From Balamuthia mandrillaris (Eukaryota), in assembly GCA_031835245.2 (NCBI GenBank), contig JAVKOQ020000109.1, positions 124,001-167,373 of the forward strand: a DNA stretch of 43,373 bases, given 5' to 3'. Below, piece after piece: positions 1-11,941 of this stretch; position 1 is the first letter of the stretch, and every line of letters begins with the position of its first letter. The position numbers and the translations under genes were made by a program. The notes beneath the pieces are model-generated. The model saw only the letters and a list, made by a program, of their open reading frames with translations. It had not been told where the DNA came from and searched no databases.

Positions 1-313
1 GAGAGGAGTAGTAGTCCCACTCGCCGCAGAAGCCGGCGTTGGGGCCTGAGCTGGTGCCGGGCTCGCAAGCCCCTTTGCTTTTGCACCAACCGCAGCCGGC
101 CTCCGCCACGCAGCCAGAACAGCTCCAATAATTGTCACAGATCTGACCTGAAAGGAAGTAAAGGAAGTTACAAAGTTAAAGGAGAGTAAGGACGACAAAC
201 AGGGGGAGAGGAGAGAGAAAGAGAGAGAAGGCATCATAAGAAGAACTGGTACCGAGGGCAGATGAGCAAAGAAGGGCCAAAACGCCAACAAACAGAAGAG
301 AGGTGGTCGACAT
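1..313 (-). CDS. Secreted/cell-surface protein with PSI (plexin-semaphorin-integrin) Cys-rich domain; 5' part only, runs off the window
   Basis: Exon 1 (313-253) gives the signal peptide MSTTSLLFVGVLALLCSSALG. A GT..AG intron spans 252-148. Exon 2 (147-1) reads QICDNYWSCSGCVAEAGCGWCKSKGACEPGTSSGPNAGFCGEWDYYS, matching the PSI pattern C-x(n)-SC-x2-C-x5-CGWC. Confidence 0.75.
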
Positions 314-734
314 GTTTTTTTGTGGGTTATTGTTACGAAAGAAAAAGCAACTGGGGCCTTTGAAAAAAAATTGGTGAAAAAAAAAGGCGAAGGAGAAGAA
401 AGTTCCTTTTTTTCTGGGTGGCCACCTGACCTCCTTTCCCAAAATTAATAAATAAAAAGGAGAGAGTTGGCCGAACGGTGAACGGTGTTGAGGCGCATGG
501 CGCGTTGCTCAAGCGAGCCCAGGAATGCTTGTCAGCTTTTTTACTCAGCAACAAATGGTCCGTAACCAGCGGCCACAACAACGCTGAACTAAACTTCTCC
601 CAGCGCAAAATGCAACAGAAGGGCTGCCAACTAGGAAGTGCAGCTTCCAACTTCTTCTCACTATCTCGCCCGGGCGCTTTTTCTCATTCCACCCCTCTCT
701 CCGCATTCCCCTCTCTTCGCTCCTCTTTCTCTTT

Positions 735-736
<2 letters not shown>

Positions 737-775
<39 letters not shown>
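737..775. repeat. (CT)n microsatellite
   Basis: Uninterrupted TC dinucleotide run. Similar runs occur in several introns (about 4167, 6113, 11908, 23965). Confidence 0.95.
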
Positions 776-777
<2 letters not shown>

Positions 778-1172
778 GTTGCTCTCTCCTCTCTCTGTCT
801 TACTGTCGACATTTTGTTCGTCCCATAAACATACGGCAAACTCTTGGGCCGTATAAAACACGGCAAGAGGGAGCGTAGGTGGGTTTAGCACGGTCCTTGA
901 GGCTGACCCCTAGTGACAAATTGTGTCTCGCCCCTACCTCTTTTTCTTTTGTCTGTTAAGCTTCTCCTTATTTTTCTTTTGCGGACGTTTATTTGCAGCA
1001 TGCTGCGATAGACGGACGATGTACAAGAAAAAAAAAGGGAGAAGCCAGCCGAAAGAAAAATACAACGGGAGAGGTGTAGACTGCAAGAGCTCACAAAGGA
1101 ACCCAAAAACACATATTGGCGGACGTGGGGGTCATCAGGGTCATTACCGCGCAAGAGCAGTGCCACGGACTA

Positions 1173-1242
1173 TCCCTTTTGCTTATGGGGTTGACCTGAC
1201 GTTGTATGCTTGTTGGGTCACAATGCGGTGAAAGGGACAATC
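1173..1242 (+). ncRNA. Candidate H/ACA-type hairpin (possible 3' hairpin of a snoRNA)
   Basis: Lower stem 1173-1183/1227-1237, internal loop, upper stem 1192-1201/1211-1220. Several G-U pairs form only on the + strand. ACA at 1237-1239 lies 16 nt after the upper stem. No convincing 5' hairpin or H box could be placed. Confidence 0.3.
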
Positions 1243-2214
1243 AACCTTGAAAAACCTAACGAAAGAAAAACAACAACAAAAGGACAACACTAAAATACAA
1301 CATGATGAAATTGGTCAAAGCGACCACAAACACTCAAAGAATAAAAAGGTAAAAGAACAGATACATGGTGATCAGGGATACCATCTACGGTTTATTGCTA
1401 ATAACGCAATTCTCCAGTCAACCCCCTTTCTTTAGTTTTCCTTGCATTTTTAGCATCGAAGATAAGCTTGCCCGCACAGCAAAGTTGCTGTGCAATAAAA
1501 GTAGTTCATCCATTTTAAGGGCGAGGCAACCTTTTACTCAAAACAGTAAAAGAGGACCAACGGCTCATTCATTCTTGAACTGCCAATCCCAACAACTCCA
1601 CACCTCCTGTCCGTTGTACTGTGGTTGGCCGAGCCTTTCGGTGCCCCGTCAACCCGTCAAGTCAAGCCATAACAATTCCCCAGCTAACCAATGAGGAGAC
1701 CCGCTCTCCACGAATTTCCTTCGTTTTGACCGCCGATTCACCCCGTATTTTCCTGCACAGAGCTGAACGGGGCATTCCCAACCCTGCATTCCAAACATTC
1801 CTCGCCAAATCAGGGAAACCTGTCCATTTTAGGGTTGCAAAAACGCCAAACGGCACCGGTACATCTCATCGCGGGGGTGGAATTCATCGATCCGTGCTTC
1901 CAATTTTTTTTGTCAAGTCTCTGCTCCCTGCGACTATTTTTAATGGAGCCGGCCACCGCCCTTTTATTTCATTGGCATAATTCGACGTCAAAGGAGCAAG
2001 ACCACCTCTCGCGTTGGTCTAGTTGACTGACTTTGCCACTTCCCCACACTTACCCTACCTCCCCAACTCTATGAGAAAAAGACTTGCTCGCCTGAGTGAC
2101 TTCCGCATTCTCACAGACGAGCATTGATAACACAAAAAAAAAAAAAAACTTTCGAAAAGACCAACATACACTTTATTTTATCCTTCTGACAAACAACTGA
2201 ACAAGGACGAGGCC

Positions 2215-3417
2215 ATGTCGCTTGCGCATGCTTGCGGTCGAGCCTTTCAAAACAACGTGTGGAGCCCTGGGCGACGCGCGCTAGGCACCTTGGTGGCCAG
2301 GTCCCGCGGTGCCTCTAGGCCTGGGGCCGGTGCCACCGCCACCCTCTCGTCCCCTTTCCTTCGGTCCTACGAATGGTACAGGCATAAGCTCCACACACAT
2401 CCGGTGCCTGTCAAGGCGCTCACGTCTGGCACCCTTCTCGGTCTGGCCGACTTCCTCGCCCAAAAGATCAAGTCGAGCTGCCCTGCACCGCACGTTTCTG
2501 GCGCGCACGTCTCCTCTTCTTCATCTACCGCCTCTTCCTCCTGCGAAGGCGACGCACAGAGCTCCCTAGAACTGATAGCACCCGGGCTGGATTGGCCCGA
2601 GGCCTACTACCAAGCCGCCAACGACCACCAGGGTCACGAGCTCCAAAAAGCCGGCCGTCAGAACCTATGGGACAAGCGCCAGACGTTTTTGATGTGCCTC
2701 TATGGCGCCCTGTTCGTGGCTCCCTTTGCCCACACCTGGTACCGCTTCCTCCACCAGCGCTTCCCCGTGCAAAAAGGCGCTCGTACTCTCCAACGCTGGA
2801 AGCAGACCCTGAAGAGGACGGTGGTGGACCAGAGCGTGGCCGCCCCCATCTTCACTACCGGCCTCTTTGTGAGCCGCGGCCTGGTGGCAGGGCAAGACGC
2901 CGATAGCATTCAGCAGAAGATGAGGCAGGACTTTCTGAAGGTCTTTGTGGCCGGCCTCTGCGTGTGGCCCTTGGCGCAGTTTGTGAACTTCACGTACGTG
3001 CCGCTGGCCTACCAGGTCCTCTTCAACAACGTAGTGGGACTCGGCTGGAGCACCTTCTCCAGCTTGGTGGCCTGCTACGGCCAACCGGAGTATGCTCATC
3101 TCCAGAGCACCAAGCCACAGCCACAGGCAGCGAACAACAGGAGCAGCTGGCCCTACAGCAGGCCGAGCGGGGGCACCACCAAGGAAGATCGCCAGCCGGT
3201 CATGAGCTACCATCTGTTCCAGCTCTACCCCTCGAGGTGCCAATGCTACTTCTCACCTGCTGTGGCTCCTCTTCCGCTGCCAGTGGTGGCCTCCGCTTCA
3301 AATAGCTACCCTCTGGCCTGGGTGCAGCGCCTCTACGAGTCAGGCACCCCTAGCATGTTCTCCTGTCCGGCAGGCCTCCTCAATTCGCCGCTGTTCTCCT
3401 TTAACCGCACTGGCTGA
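2215..3417 (+). CDS. Mpv17/PMP22 family membrane protein, single exon, with transit-peptide-like N-terminus
   Basis: Family motifs WY...L..HP...KALTSG.L...ADFLAQ, P..H.WY.FL, VDQSV.AP and VWPLAQFVNF.YVP..YQVLF.N.V...W..F.S are present. The N-terminus is R/S/A-rich and there is a ~110-aa C-terminal extension. Confidence 0.9.
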   Translation: MSLAHACGRAFQNNVWSPGRRALGTLVARSRGASRPGAGATATLSSPFLRSYEWYRHKLHTHPVPVKALTSGTLLGLADFLAQKIKSSCPAPHVSGAHVSSSSSTASSSCEGDAQSSLELIAPGLDWPEAYYQAANDHQGHELQKAGRQNLWDKRQTFLMCLYGALFVAPFAHTWYRFLHQRFPVQKGARTLQRWKQTLKRTVVDQSVAAPIFTTGLFVSRGLVAGQDADSIQQKMRQDFLKVFVAGLCVWPLAQFVNFTYVPLAYQVLFNNVVGLGWSTFSSLVACYGQPEYAHLQSTKPQPQAANNRSSWPYSRPSGGTTKEDRQPVMSYHLFQLYPSRCQCYFSPAVAPLPLPVVASASNSYPLAWVQRLYESGTPSMFSCPAGLLNSPLFSFNRTG

Positions 3418-3981
3418 ATAGCAAGAGAGCCATGGCAGGCTTGCAAGTCCTTCCAACACTAGGGCAGAGAACGAGCCGCCATCCAACGTTCACTGACGAA
3501 CGCAACGCACAACCATAGGATGAACCATTCGCTTACCCAACAGCATTGGGCGCGATCCTTCTGCTTGGTTCGCGCCTCATCACCGAGCCTTTCCACAAGC
3601 AATTGATTCAGGGTCATCGTCAGAGCAGCATTCATTGTCGCCTTGTAGTTATTTGTTAACGTTTCAAACTTTGTATGAAAATGTATGTATGTACCATATG
3701 TAACCTATGTGATATAGATAATTTAAAAAAATGTATGCACAATCCAACAAACTACTGTCTGTTCTTGTCGTTCTCTTGTTGAGTTTCGGTCTTTCTTTCT
3801 TCGACAAATCGAGAGGACGATGTTTGCAGCAGCTGTGCACAAAATTTACATGACGACACGACTGAAGAGGAAAGAAGAAAAACAAAAGAAAAGAAAGAAA
3901 AGAAGCAGAACCAAAAGGTAGCAACGACACCGTGAGAGAGAGAGGGAAAAAAAAAGAGAGGGGGAAAAGAAGAAATAGAAG

Positions 3982-4161
3982 ATGAGGAAGACGAAGAAGC
4001 AACAAAAAACTCCGTTGGGAAGGGCCCTCGCAAAGGACAAACAACGGAGACAAAGAGCTCCGCCCTCCACACATGAGTTCTTGAACGTACGTTTTTTTGC
4101 TTTTGTTTTTGGGGTTCCCGCTACTCGAACAAAACATTTGAGTTCGAATTGAATCTCATTT

Positions 4162-4197
<36 letters not shown>

Positions 4198-6109
4198 CCT
4201 CCTCCTCAAAAACAAAAAAGTTTCATAGCACAGAAATCGAAGAGCAAGAAAAGAAAAGTACCAGTGAAAAGTTGAGCTCAGTCACTCATACCTCAGCCAT
4301 GGAGGAACTGCTGACGAACGCTCGCCTCGCCGAAAAGAGCTTTGTTGCCGAAAAGCAAAACGTGGTGGTGCTTAGCTCCATGGCTATGACCGGTTTGTTT
4401 AACTTTCTTCCTTTCCTTCTTGGTTTCTAAAATGATTGCAATAGTCCGTTTGGAGCCAACGCCAAAACAACTTGAACTGCAGCTGAAGTATTTCAATGAC
4501 CTCAAGATCCCTCGCAGGTATTGGATCTTTTATTTTTTTGGGAGGGGGGGGCGCGGTCTTTTCTTCTATCGACTGCTCCGTTTTCTCGTTTTTTTCCCTC
4601 TCTGTTATTATCTTATTCATGTCCTTTTCTCTGTTTTAAACTCTATTCTGTTAGACCACAGTGGGATACCTCCATGAGCGCCGAGCAGCTAGACTTCGAA
4701 GAACGTCAAGCCTTTCTCGACTGGCGTCGTACGCTTGCAGAGTACCTATCCGACTCTTTGCTTCACTTCTTTGCTTTTTCTTCTTCTTCTTCTTACACGA
4801 TTTTCTCTCGCAAAGAATGGAACAAAACGAGGACTTGGTGCTCACTCCCTTTGAAAAGAATTTGGAGGTTTGGAGACAGCTTTGGAGAGTGGTAGAGCGC
4901 AGCGACATCGTTATTCAGATTGTGGATGCTCGTAACCCGATGGTGCGCTGCACGGACCTCGAGGACTACGTGAAGGAGGTAGACCCTACCAAGCACAACG
5001 TGTTGCTTGTTAACAAGGCAGACTTGTTGACACGCAAACAAAGGTATGCATCTTCTTTTTTTGTTTTTGTTGTTTATGTTTATTGCTTTTATTCCGTTCT
5101 AATGATGTTATTATTGCCAATAGAAAAATGTGGGCAGAGTATTTCGAACGTGAAAACACGCAATACATCTTTTGGTCAGCAAATTACGAGAGAGCCAAAC
5201 TAGAAGAACAGCAGTTGCTGGAAGCCGAATTGGAAAAAGCTGCAAGCCAAGCAAACGGTGAAAACGATGATATAGAGAGCTCGGATGAGGAAATTAAACC
5301 CTCTTCGGCGGCAACTCGCAAGTCCAAAAAAGCAAAGCGAAAACAAGCCAGAAAACTTCGAGAACAACAGAGGAGCAAAGCACTCACTGAAGAAGAAGAC
5401 AGCGAAGAAAATGAAGAAAAAGAAGCTGATGACGAGGAAGCGGAACAAGAAGCAAATACCAGCGAAGCAGCAGGCGGAGAAAAAGAAAAAGAGAAAGAAG
5501 AAAACGTTGACAGCAAACGAGGAGATGGAGATAAAGAGGACGACGGACCACAGATATTCACTTCTGACATGTTTTTCGACTTTTTATTGAAGTTGTGCCC
5601 TCCTGAAAGTGCGTTATTTTATTTTTCTTGTTTGTGTTGTTTTTTCTTTGTTTTATGTTATGATTCTTTTATCCTGATTTTTTTCTTTTCAAATATCTTA
5701 ACTTGGATGTCTACAGCAAAAGAGAAAGGACAGACGGTGGTTGGAATGGTTGGCTATCCCAACGTCGGCAAAAGCTCTACCATCAACGTTCTCTGTGGCG
5801 AAAAACGAGTGGCTGTGGCTATCACCCCGGGCAAGACCAAACATCTCCAGACAATAGAGCTCTCAAAAGAGTTGCTTCTCTGCGATTGCCCCGGTCTCGT
5901 TTTTCCTTCTTTCCTCACCACCAAACCCGAAATGATTTGCAGTGGCCTTTTGCCTATTGACCACATGACGGACCACGTAGCTCCTACGACTTTGGTATGC
6001 AACAAACTTATCTCTTTTTCTTCTCCCACTGAGTGTCGAGTGTATGTGCTTTTTTTTTCTTTTTGCAGTTTGTATTTTCCTAATATTTTCACGCACTCTC
6101 TGCTTTTTT

Positions 6110-6157
<48 letters not shown>

Positions 6158-6908
6158 GGTTTGTAAAAGGATACCGCGGCGAGTGCTGGAGCGAGTGTAC
6201 GGAGTGATTTTGCCCCCACCGGGAGAGGGAGAAGATCCCAACCGCCCTCCCACTGCCGCTGAGTTTTTGGATGCCTATGCACGGATAAGAGGTTTTATGT
6301 CACCTCATGGACCCGATCAAGCTCGTGCTGCTCGTATCGTTCTCAAAGACTATTTGGCAGTATGTTATTCTTCTGCTTTGTGGTTTCTTATTGTTGCACA
6401 TTTAAAGATGTTTATTTAAATGCTTTGTTCATAGGGCAAATTGTTGTACTGCCATCCACCACCAGATGCAGGCAGTGAGTGGCAGCAATGGTACGCGGAT
6501 CCATCCATCAGCATGGAGAGCTTGGGCCTTAGCCCAAAACTCTTTCTCTCAGAACAAGAAGAAGCCGCCGAGAGGCAACTTAAAATACAGAACATGCCTC
6601 GTCCTGTAGTGGTGCGATATTACCACCATATTTCATGTTGTTGTTGTTGTTGTTATTCTTGCTTGCTGGCTTGCCCCTGTTACTGCTTCTTCTTGCTATT
6701 CGCCTAACATCTTGAAAAAAAGGCAAAAACGGAAGTATCATTTGGAAACCAGGACACAGTGGTGGCACATGTAACCGGCAAGGCGGGCCGACGGAACAAC
6801 AACAATTTCACCCGCGTCCAGTTCAGCCATTCACCTGTTGCCCGCGGCCGCGGTCGTGGTCGGGGCGGTGGCTCCTCCCAGAGGGGTCGTGGCGGCGTAA
6901 ACCACTGA
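3982..6908 (+). CDS. LSG1: Large subunit GTPase 1 (circularly permuted YlqF/YawG GTPase, 60S maturation), about 10 exons
   Basis: Spliced product: MRKTKKQQKTPLGRAL (ATG 3982), IPRRPQW, LTPFEKNLEVWRQLWRVVERSD, G4 NKAD, G1 GYPNVGKSS, G2 TPGKTKH, G3 DCPG, GKLLYCHPPP and an RG-rich tail to TGA at 6906-6908. GT-AG introns keep frame (e.g. 4087-4220, 4393-4444, 4518-4654, 4742-4815). Confidence 0.95.
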
Positions 6909-7294
6909 AAAAACAACCCCTCCTCTCTCTCTCTCTCTCTCTTTAATCTCTTTGCTGAAGGTGAATACATGTATGTTTCTTTGCTGTTTGCGGTAACATG
7001 CCTCCAAAAATACATTTTCTGGAATGGTTCTTGAAAGCATGTTTTCGGTTGAAATCTCCCTCGAACCAACCAATCAGCAGGAGCGTTTCATCATCTGTTA
7101 CCCCCACTGTAATTGCGGTCAACGGGTACGGGAGGAAGGAACGAAAAAAAAAAGGGTAGTGGCCGCCGCCCACGATAACCACTACTTTTCTCAGCTTCTT
7201 CCTTGCTCCTTCTTTTTAAACGACAAGAGGCGCCCGCGGGGTAAAGAAAGAGAAAGTACCAGTTCCAAACTGCATTCAAAGAAGAGCAATAGAA

Positions 7295-10200
7295 ATGAGC
7301 GAACAACAACAAGTAGCGGTAGCGTTGCCAAAGAACAAGGAGGAGCTGCTGAAGCTGGTGGACGGTCTGCCCTATGCGAAGCGTATCACACTGGCGGCAC
7401 GCTTGGGCGTTCAGCATAAGCACTCGCCACAGCTGCAAGAGCTGATCAAAGAGCTGCGAGAGGTGAGTTTTATTTATGATTTTTCATAAACTTGTTTTGA
7501 TCTTCTCTTCTTCGCTCTTCCTCTCTGTCATAGCATGAAGCACCAAGCTCGCCTGTAGCTTCTGCCGAGGATGACTTTGTAGAGATCCTTCCCGGTCAGA
7601 AAACCAACCTAGCAGACCACTACCTCGAGTACCAGCTCGCCCTCACCGCCGCTTTGTCCTCGCAGACCGCCTTGCCTGTGCTGCAAGAGGAGCTCCACTC
7701 TCCTTCCGTCCAGTTCAAGAGGCTCGTTACCAAAGAGGTAGTTCGTCTGGATCAAGAGTATGTAGTACTTTTTGCTCTCGTTATGCATTTGATCATTCAC
7801 AAGAACTGACTTTTTATTCTTGCTTCCTCAGCGACAACAAGCTTTTTGAGGAGATCAAAAACGCAGTGCCAGCCTTGCGTAAACAGCTTTTGCATTCTTG
7901 CATCAAGTTCAGGCGGGTTGCTTTGTTGGAGCGCTTGGTCCCTGTCTTGTATGAAGAACACGGCGTTGAGGCCGCTGCTGACGTGCTGCATGGTTGTAGG
8001 TTGGTACCATTGAATGCTATTTTCGTTGATACTCTCTTTGGTCTCTGACCTTGTTCTCCTTGCTTGTGTCATTCTAAATCGTCTTTACAGTTCTACTTTT
8101 GTTGAGGAACACTTGAAGCAAGAAGAGTACCTAAAGTGCCCAAGGCTACGTTGGGCCAAGTTGGCACGCTACCACAGCGATGTTATTCTTACCTTGTTCA
8201 GAACTGAGCTGGAGGCGAATAGCAAGCAAGCCATCACTGAATGGCAGTTGGACTCTGTGTGGAATAAATGGTTCGCTACCTATATGAAGAGTACCGCCAC
8301 GAAGAGGTTGCTTTATAATGGTGGATGTGCATCCAAATTATTGTCCATCCTTGCTGAATTCCCGCTGCTTTCGTACATCGGATCCCTTTCCTCGGCCCCA
8401 AGACTCAGCGAGGCAGATCCGAAGTATGTACATTATTTGATACCTTACTTTGTGCAGAACCACTTGCGCCACTTTCTCAAGAAGTGCCCAGAAGAAACCC
8501 TTGAGTTGATCAAGAAGACGTTTTACATTGATCAATATCACCTACTCAAGTTTGTTCTCTCACTCTCCTTTGTTTCATGATTCCATTCACGCGCTTGACT
8601 TTTTTATTTTCCCAAACCTCTTTTATTAACATTTTTTTCGTTTTTATGGCTCAGTTGTGGTGTTGATCAGCGCATTCTGTGGAGTACCCACTGCTGGAAG
8701 AAGCTTAGGTCACGAGGGTTTGATGTTTATGTAATGCCACTCCTCAAATTTGTGCTTAGCCTTTCCTCCAAAGAGTCCCTTTTCCATGGCTCTGCCTCCC
8801 AGGACAACTATTGCCTTCAGAATATGTGGGCAACCCAACCGTTTCTGGCGCAACTTCAGGCTTCCGAAATACAGAAACTCTTTGACGTGCTAGCTGAATT
8901 TCTTCAAAAGATGAGACCCGCTTCGTTATTGAACAAGGTATGTTGCTTGAGGCCACATTCCCCTTCTCGCCCCTCTTTGAGAGCACTAGCACTAAATTTT
9001 TTTGATGCAGCTGGGAATAGACTCCAACTCCCACATCAGCCAATGGAGATCGCTTGCAAGGACCCTGCACATGCAAATTGTTGACTACGCAGCACAACGC
9101 ATCAAGGCACTCAAAAACAAAATCAAAGTTTTGGAGGGTGAAAAGAGCGTTGCAACGAACGCCCAGCCCCAAAGGCGCGGTAGAAGGCCGAAGAAGAACA
9201 GCAATGTCACCAAAGATTCTGCTTTCGAGAGGCGTGTTCTCCGAATGACTCCTGAGCAGAAAGAGAAAGAGAAGGCTGGTCTGGAAGAAGGAGTGAGCAA
9301 GTACTTTGCGTTGAGGAAGCACGTCTTGGAGCATTTTATCCGCGTTTTGAAGGAGCAATGGTCTTGGGGATTGCTCGATGAGGGAGCTAAATGGCGACTT
9401 GACGAACTGCAGAGTAACTCTGTCTTGCAACATGTGGATGATGACCCTGAACTGCTTGCTTATCTGTTTGAGCATGTATATCTCCACTTTGCGAAGGGTC
9501 AAGATCTCAACGCAGGTGTGTGGGTTTTTTTTTTTGGTCTCTTCATTTGACTTGTAGATAGTTTAGAACTTACTCTGCCAATTTACTTAAACCTACCTAC
9601 AGCTGAGTGGAGAAGATTTAACGAAAGATTTAGCTCTGCACTATTACGGAACCTTTACGGTCTCTACGAAGACCAGAAATCTACGGAGGAATGCCGCACA
9701 CGAGCTAAGCAGGTGCATTCCAAAGTCTTTGACTACTTCTTTGACCTCTTCGATAGTGCTCCTGTAGAGCGAGCGAGCTACTTCACCTCCATCATCCATT
9801 CCTGTTTCGCTGTGCAACGCTTTAAGATTTTTGAGCTCTTTGAGACGGAGGAATTGGAGCATCTCGGCAAAGTCAAGCCTGACAACATGATCACCCTCTT
9901 TCAAGCAATAGTTGATTGTCTGCAAACTGCTGATTCTGCAAAACTGAGGGACCGACCGGAGGAAGAGGAGCCTGTCGATCTCACTCCCCTCTGGACAGCA
10001 GTCACTGCACTCATTGAGCCTGGGGTGCTTTCTGACGAACAACGAGACAATCTTTTGGCTTTCCAGAATGTTGCTCAGAAGGAAATAAGGAAGGCTCTCC
10101 AGGCAGCCACTTTTAGCAACAGCACCTCAGAACGTGATGCAGCCTTTGACCACCTCATCAAAGCCAGCGTGCGCACCAAATCGATTGCTCAAATTGACAC

Positions 10201-11903
10201 TACTCTTAAGTTCATCCGGTAGCTATCTTCTCTCTTTTGCGTGTCCTGTTTTTTTAATGCTTTCTCTTTTGCTGATTATTTTATATCCATTAATTAACAG
10301 GAAGAGAATCAAGAATTCCAAGATTGTGGACCGCAATTCCGTACTAGTGGTTTTACAAGACAGCCTTACAATGTTGGATGAGGACCTGTTGCTCCTCGCT
10401 GATCCCTTGCACGCCATTTACTTTGACATGCTGCAAGATGCATTGGATGCCCCCGACATCAAGGAAGGTCACTCTCTCGTTGAACAAGTGTTCCGCGCCA
10501 TTAGTCATCGTGCCATCGCGCTTAGTGCTGGCACCGCGAAGACGATGAGAAGCGTCCTCTTTGATTTCGGCGTGGAGCTGCAGTGGAGGTTGGCTCTCTT
10601 CACGCAAGGACAGCGCAAGTGCATGAAAGAATTCCGCATCTCATTCCCCTCCCTCAAGGCCAGCTCTGAAAATAAGTACTTTCCTCGCGGCTCCGAAAGC
10701 GAGTTCGTGGAAGCAGTCGTTGAGGTGGGTTCTTCTCTGCACCGTCTTTTGCATTTGTTTCCCAAAGAAAAAAAATTGTAAACTCACCTCTCTGTTGCTC
10801 AGGCTTATACCAAACGAGTGACCAAGAATACCACTTTCCTTGACCAGCTCGAAGTACTTGTTCCAATTTATGCCATTGTGGGGCGTGCATGGCAGCAAAT
10901 CACCCCACTTCAAGAACACATTCTTAAAGCCATCAAACAAATCAAAGAGCTCAAGTTCGTATACACCCTCTCTCTCCCCTTTCTGTCTCTCTCTCTCTCT
11001 CTGACGTTTTTTTCATCCGTAGGACGGACCATGAAGGCCTTTATGTCATCGAAAATGATAGCGATATTTTGGAAGTTTATAACGCTGTTATAACGGCTAA
11101 TGGTGGCGAAATGAGCGACTGGCACAAACACCCGCAGTTGAGTGAGTTTGTGGAAACCATTCTCCGCTCAAGGCAAGCCAGAAGGGTAGTTATTCCCTGG
11201 CTGGTCAAGCACAGCGGCTCTAAGGCTGAAAGAAAGAAAAAGAGAGAAGAATGCGTGCTCAAGCTTTTGGAGATCTCTCCCTCTGCCATCTATTTACGGT
11301 ACCGTTATCTTATATTGAGTTATTTGCATCTTTTTCTTTGCCGTATCTTTTTTTTTTGACTGGTAGCGATATCACAGGTTTGTGTGGCGTTTCCTTGTCC
11401 GGTACAGGCAAGACCTGCTGGATAGCTTTATTGAAAGCAAGAAAACCTTTAGAGGTGTATTCTACCTTCCGCCCAGCAATCGAGGACCCCTTCCCAAGAC
11501 GCCCGAGGAAAGGCAGACCTGGTGGAAAGGACTGTATGAGGAAGACGAGAAAAAGAGACTCAAGCAGGCCAAAGAAGATGAGAAAGAATTCCTCGAAGAG
11601 CAAGAGTTGGCTCAGTTTGACGAGGGTGGTGGTGCCTCTTTTGATCATGAGGATATGTTCTGTCTTCCCGCGTGCTGGGGTCTTCACAGACTGCTTCCTC
11701 GCCAGGCTAAGGCCTTGGCCCAACAAAGACGTCACCAGTTCCTCAACCCGGATAGAGCATTACCTGATCGTGTGAAGGCTGCTCAGTTATGGACGTGCTT
11801 GCCTTGCGTAGATTATAATGAAATTGTTACTGTCTACGAGCAGTACGAGGGGGAGGGCTCTGAAGTTCCTGTCAGCGTTCTCGAAGCCGTTCTTAGGGCA
11901 CGT

Positions 11904-11941
<38 letters not shown>

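Noticed and set aside
333..2026. Short ORFs in the first intergenic region
   Set aside because: They are low-complexity or lack coding-like composition, and no consistent splice structure or family motif was found.
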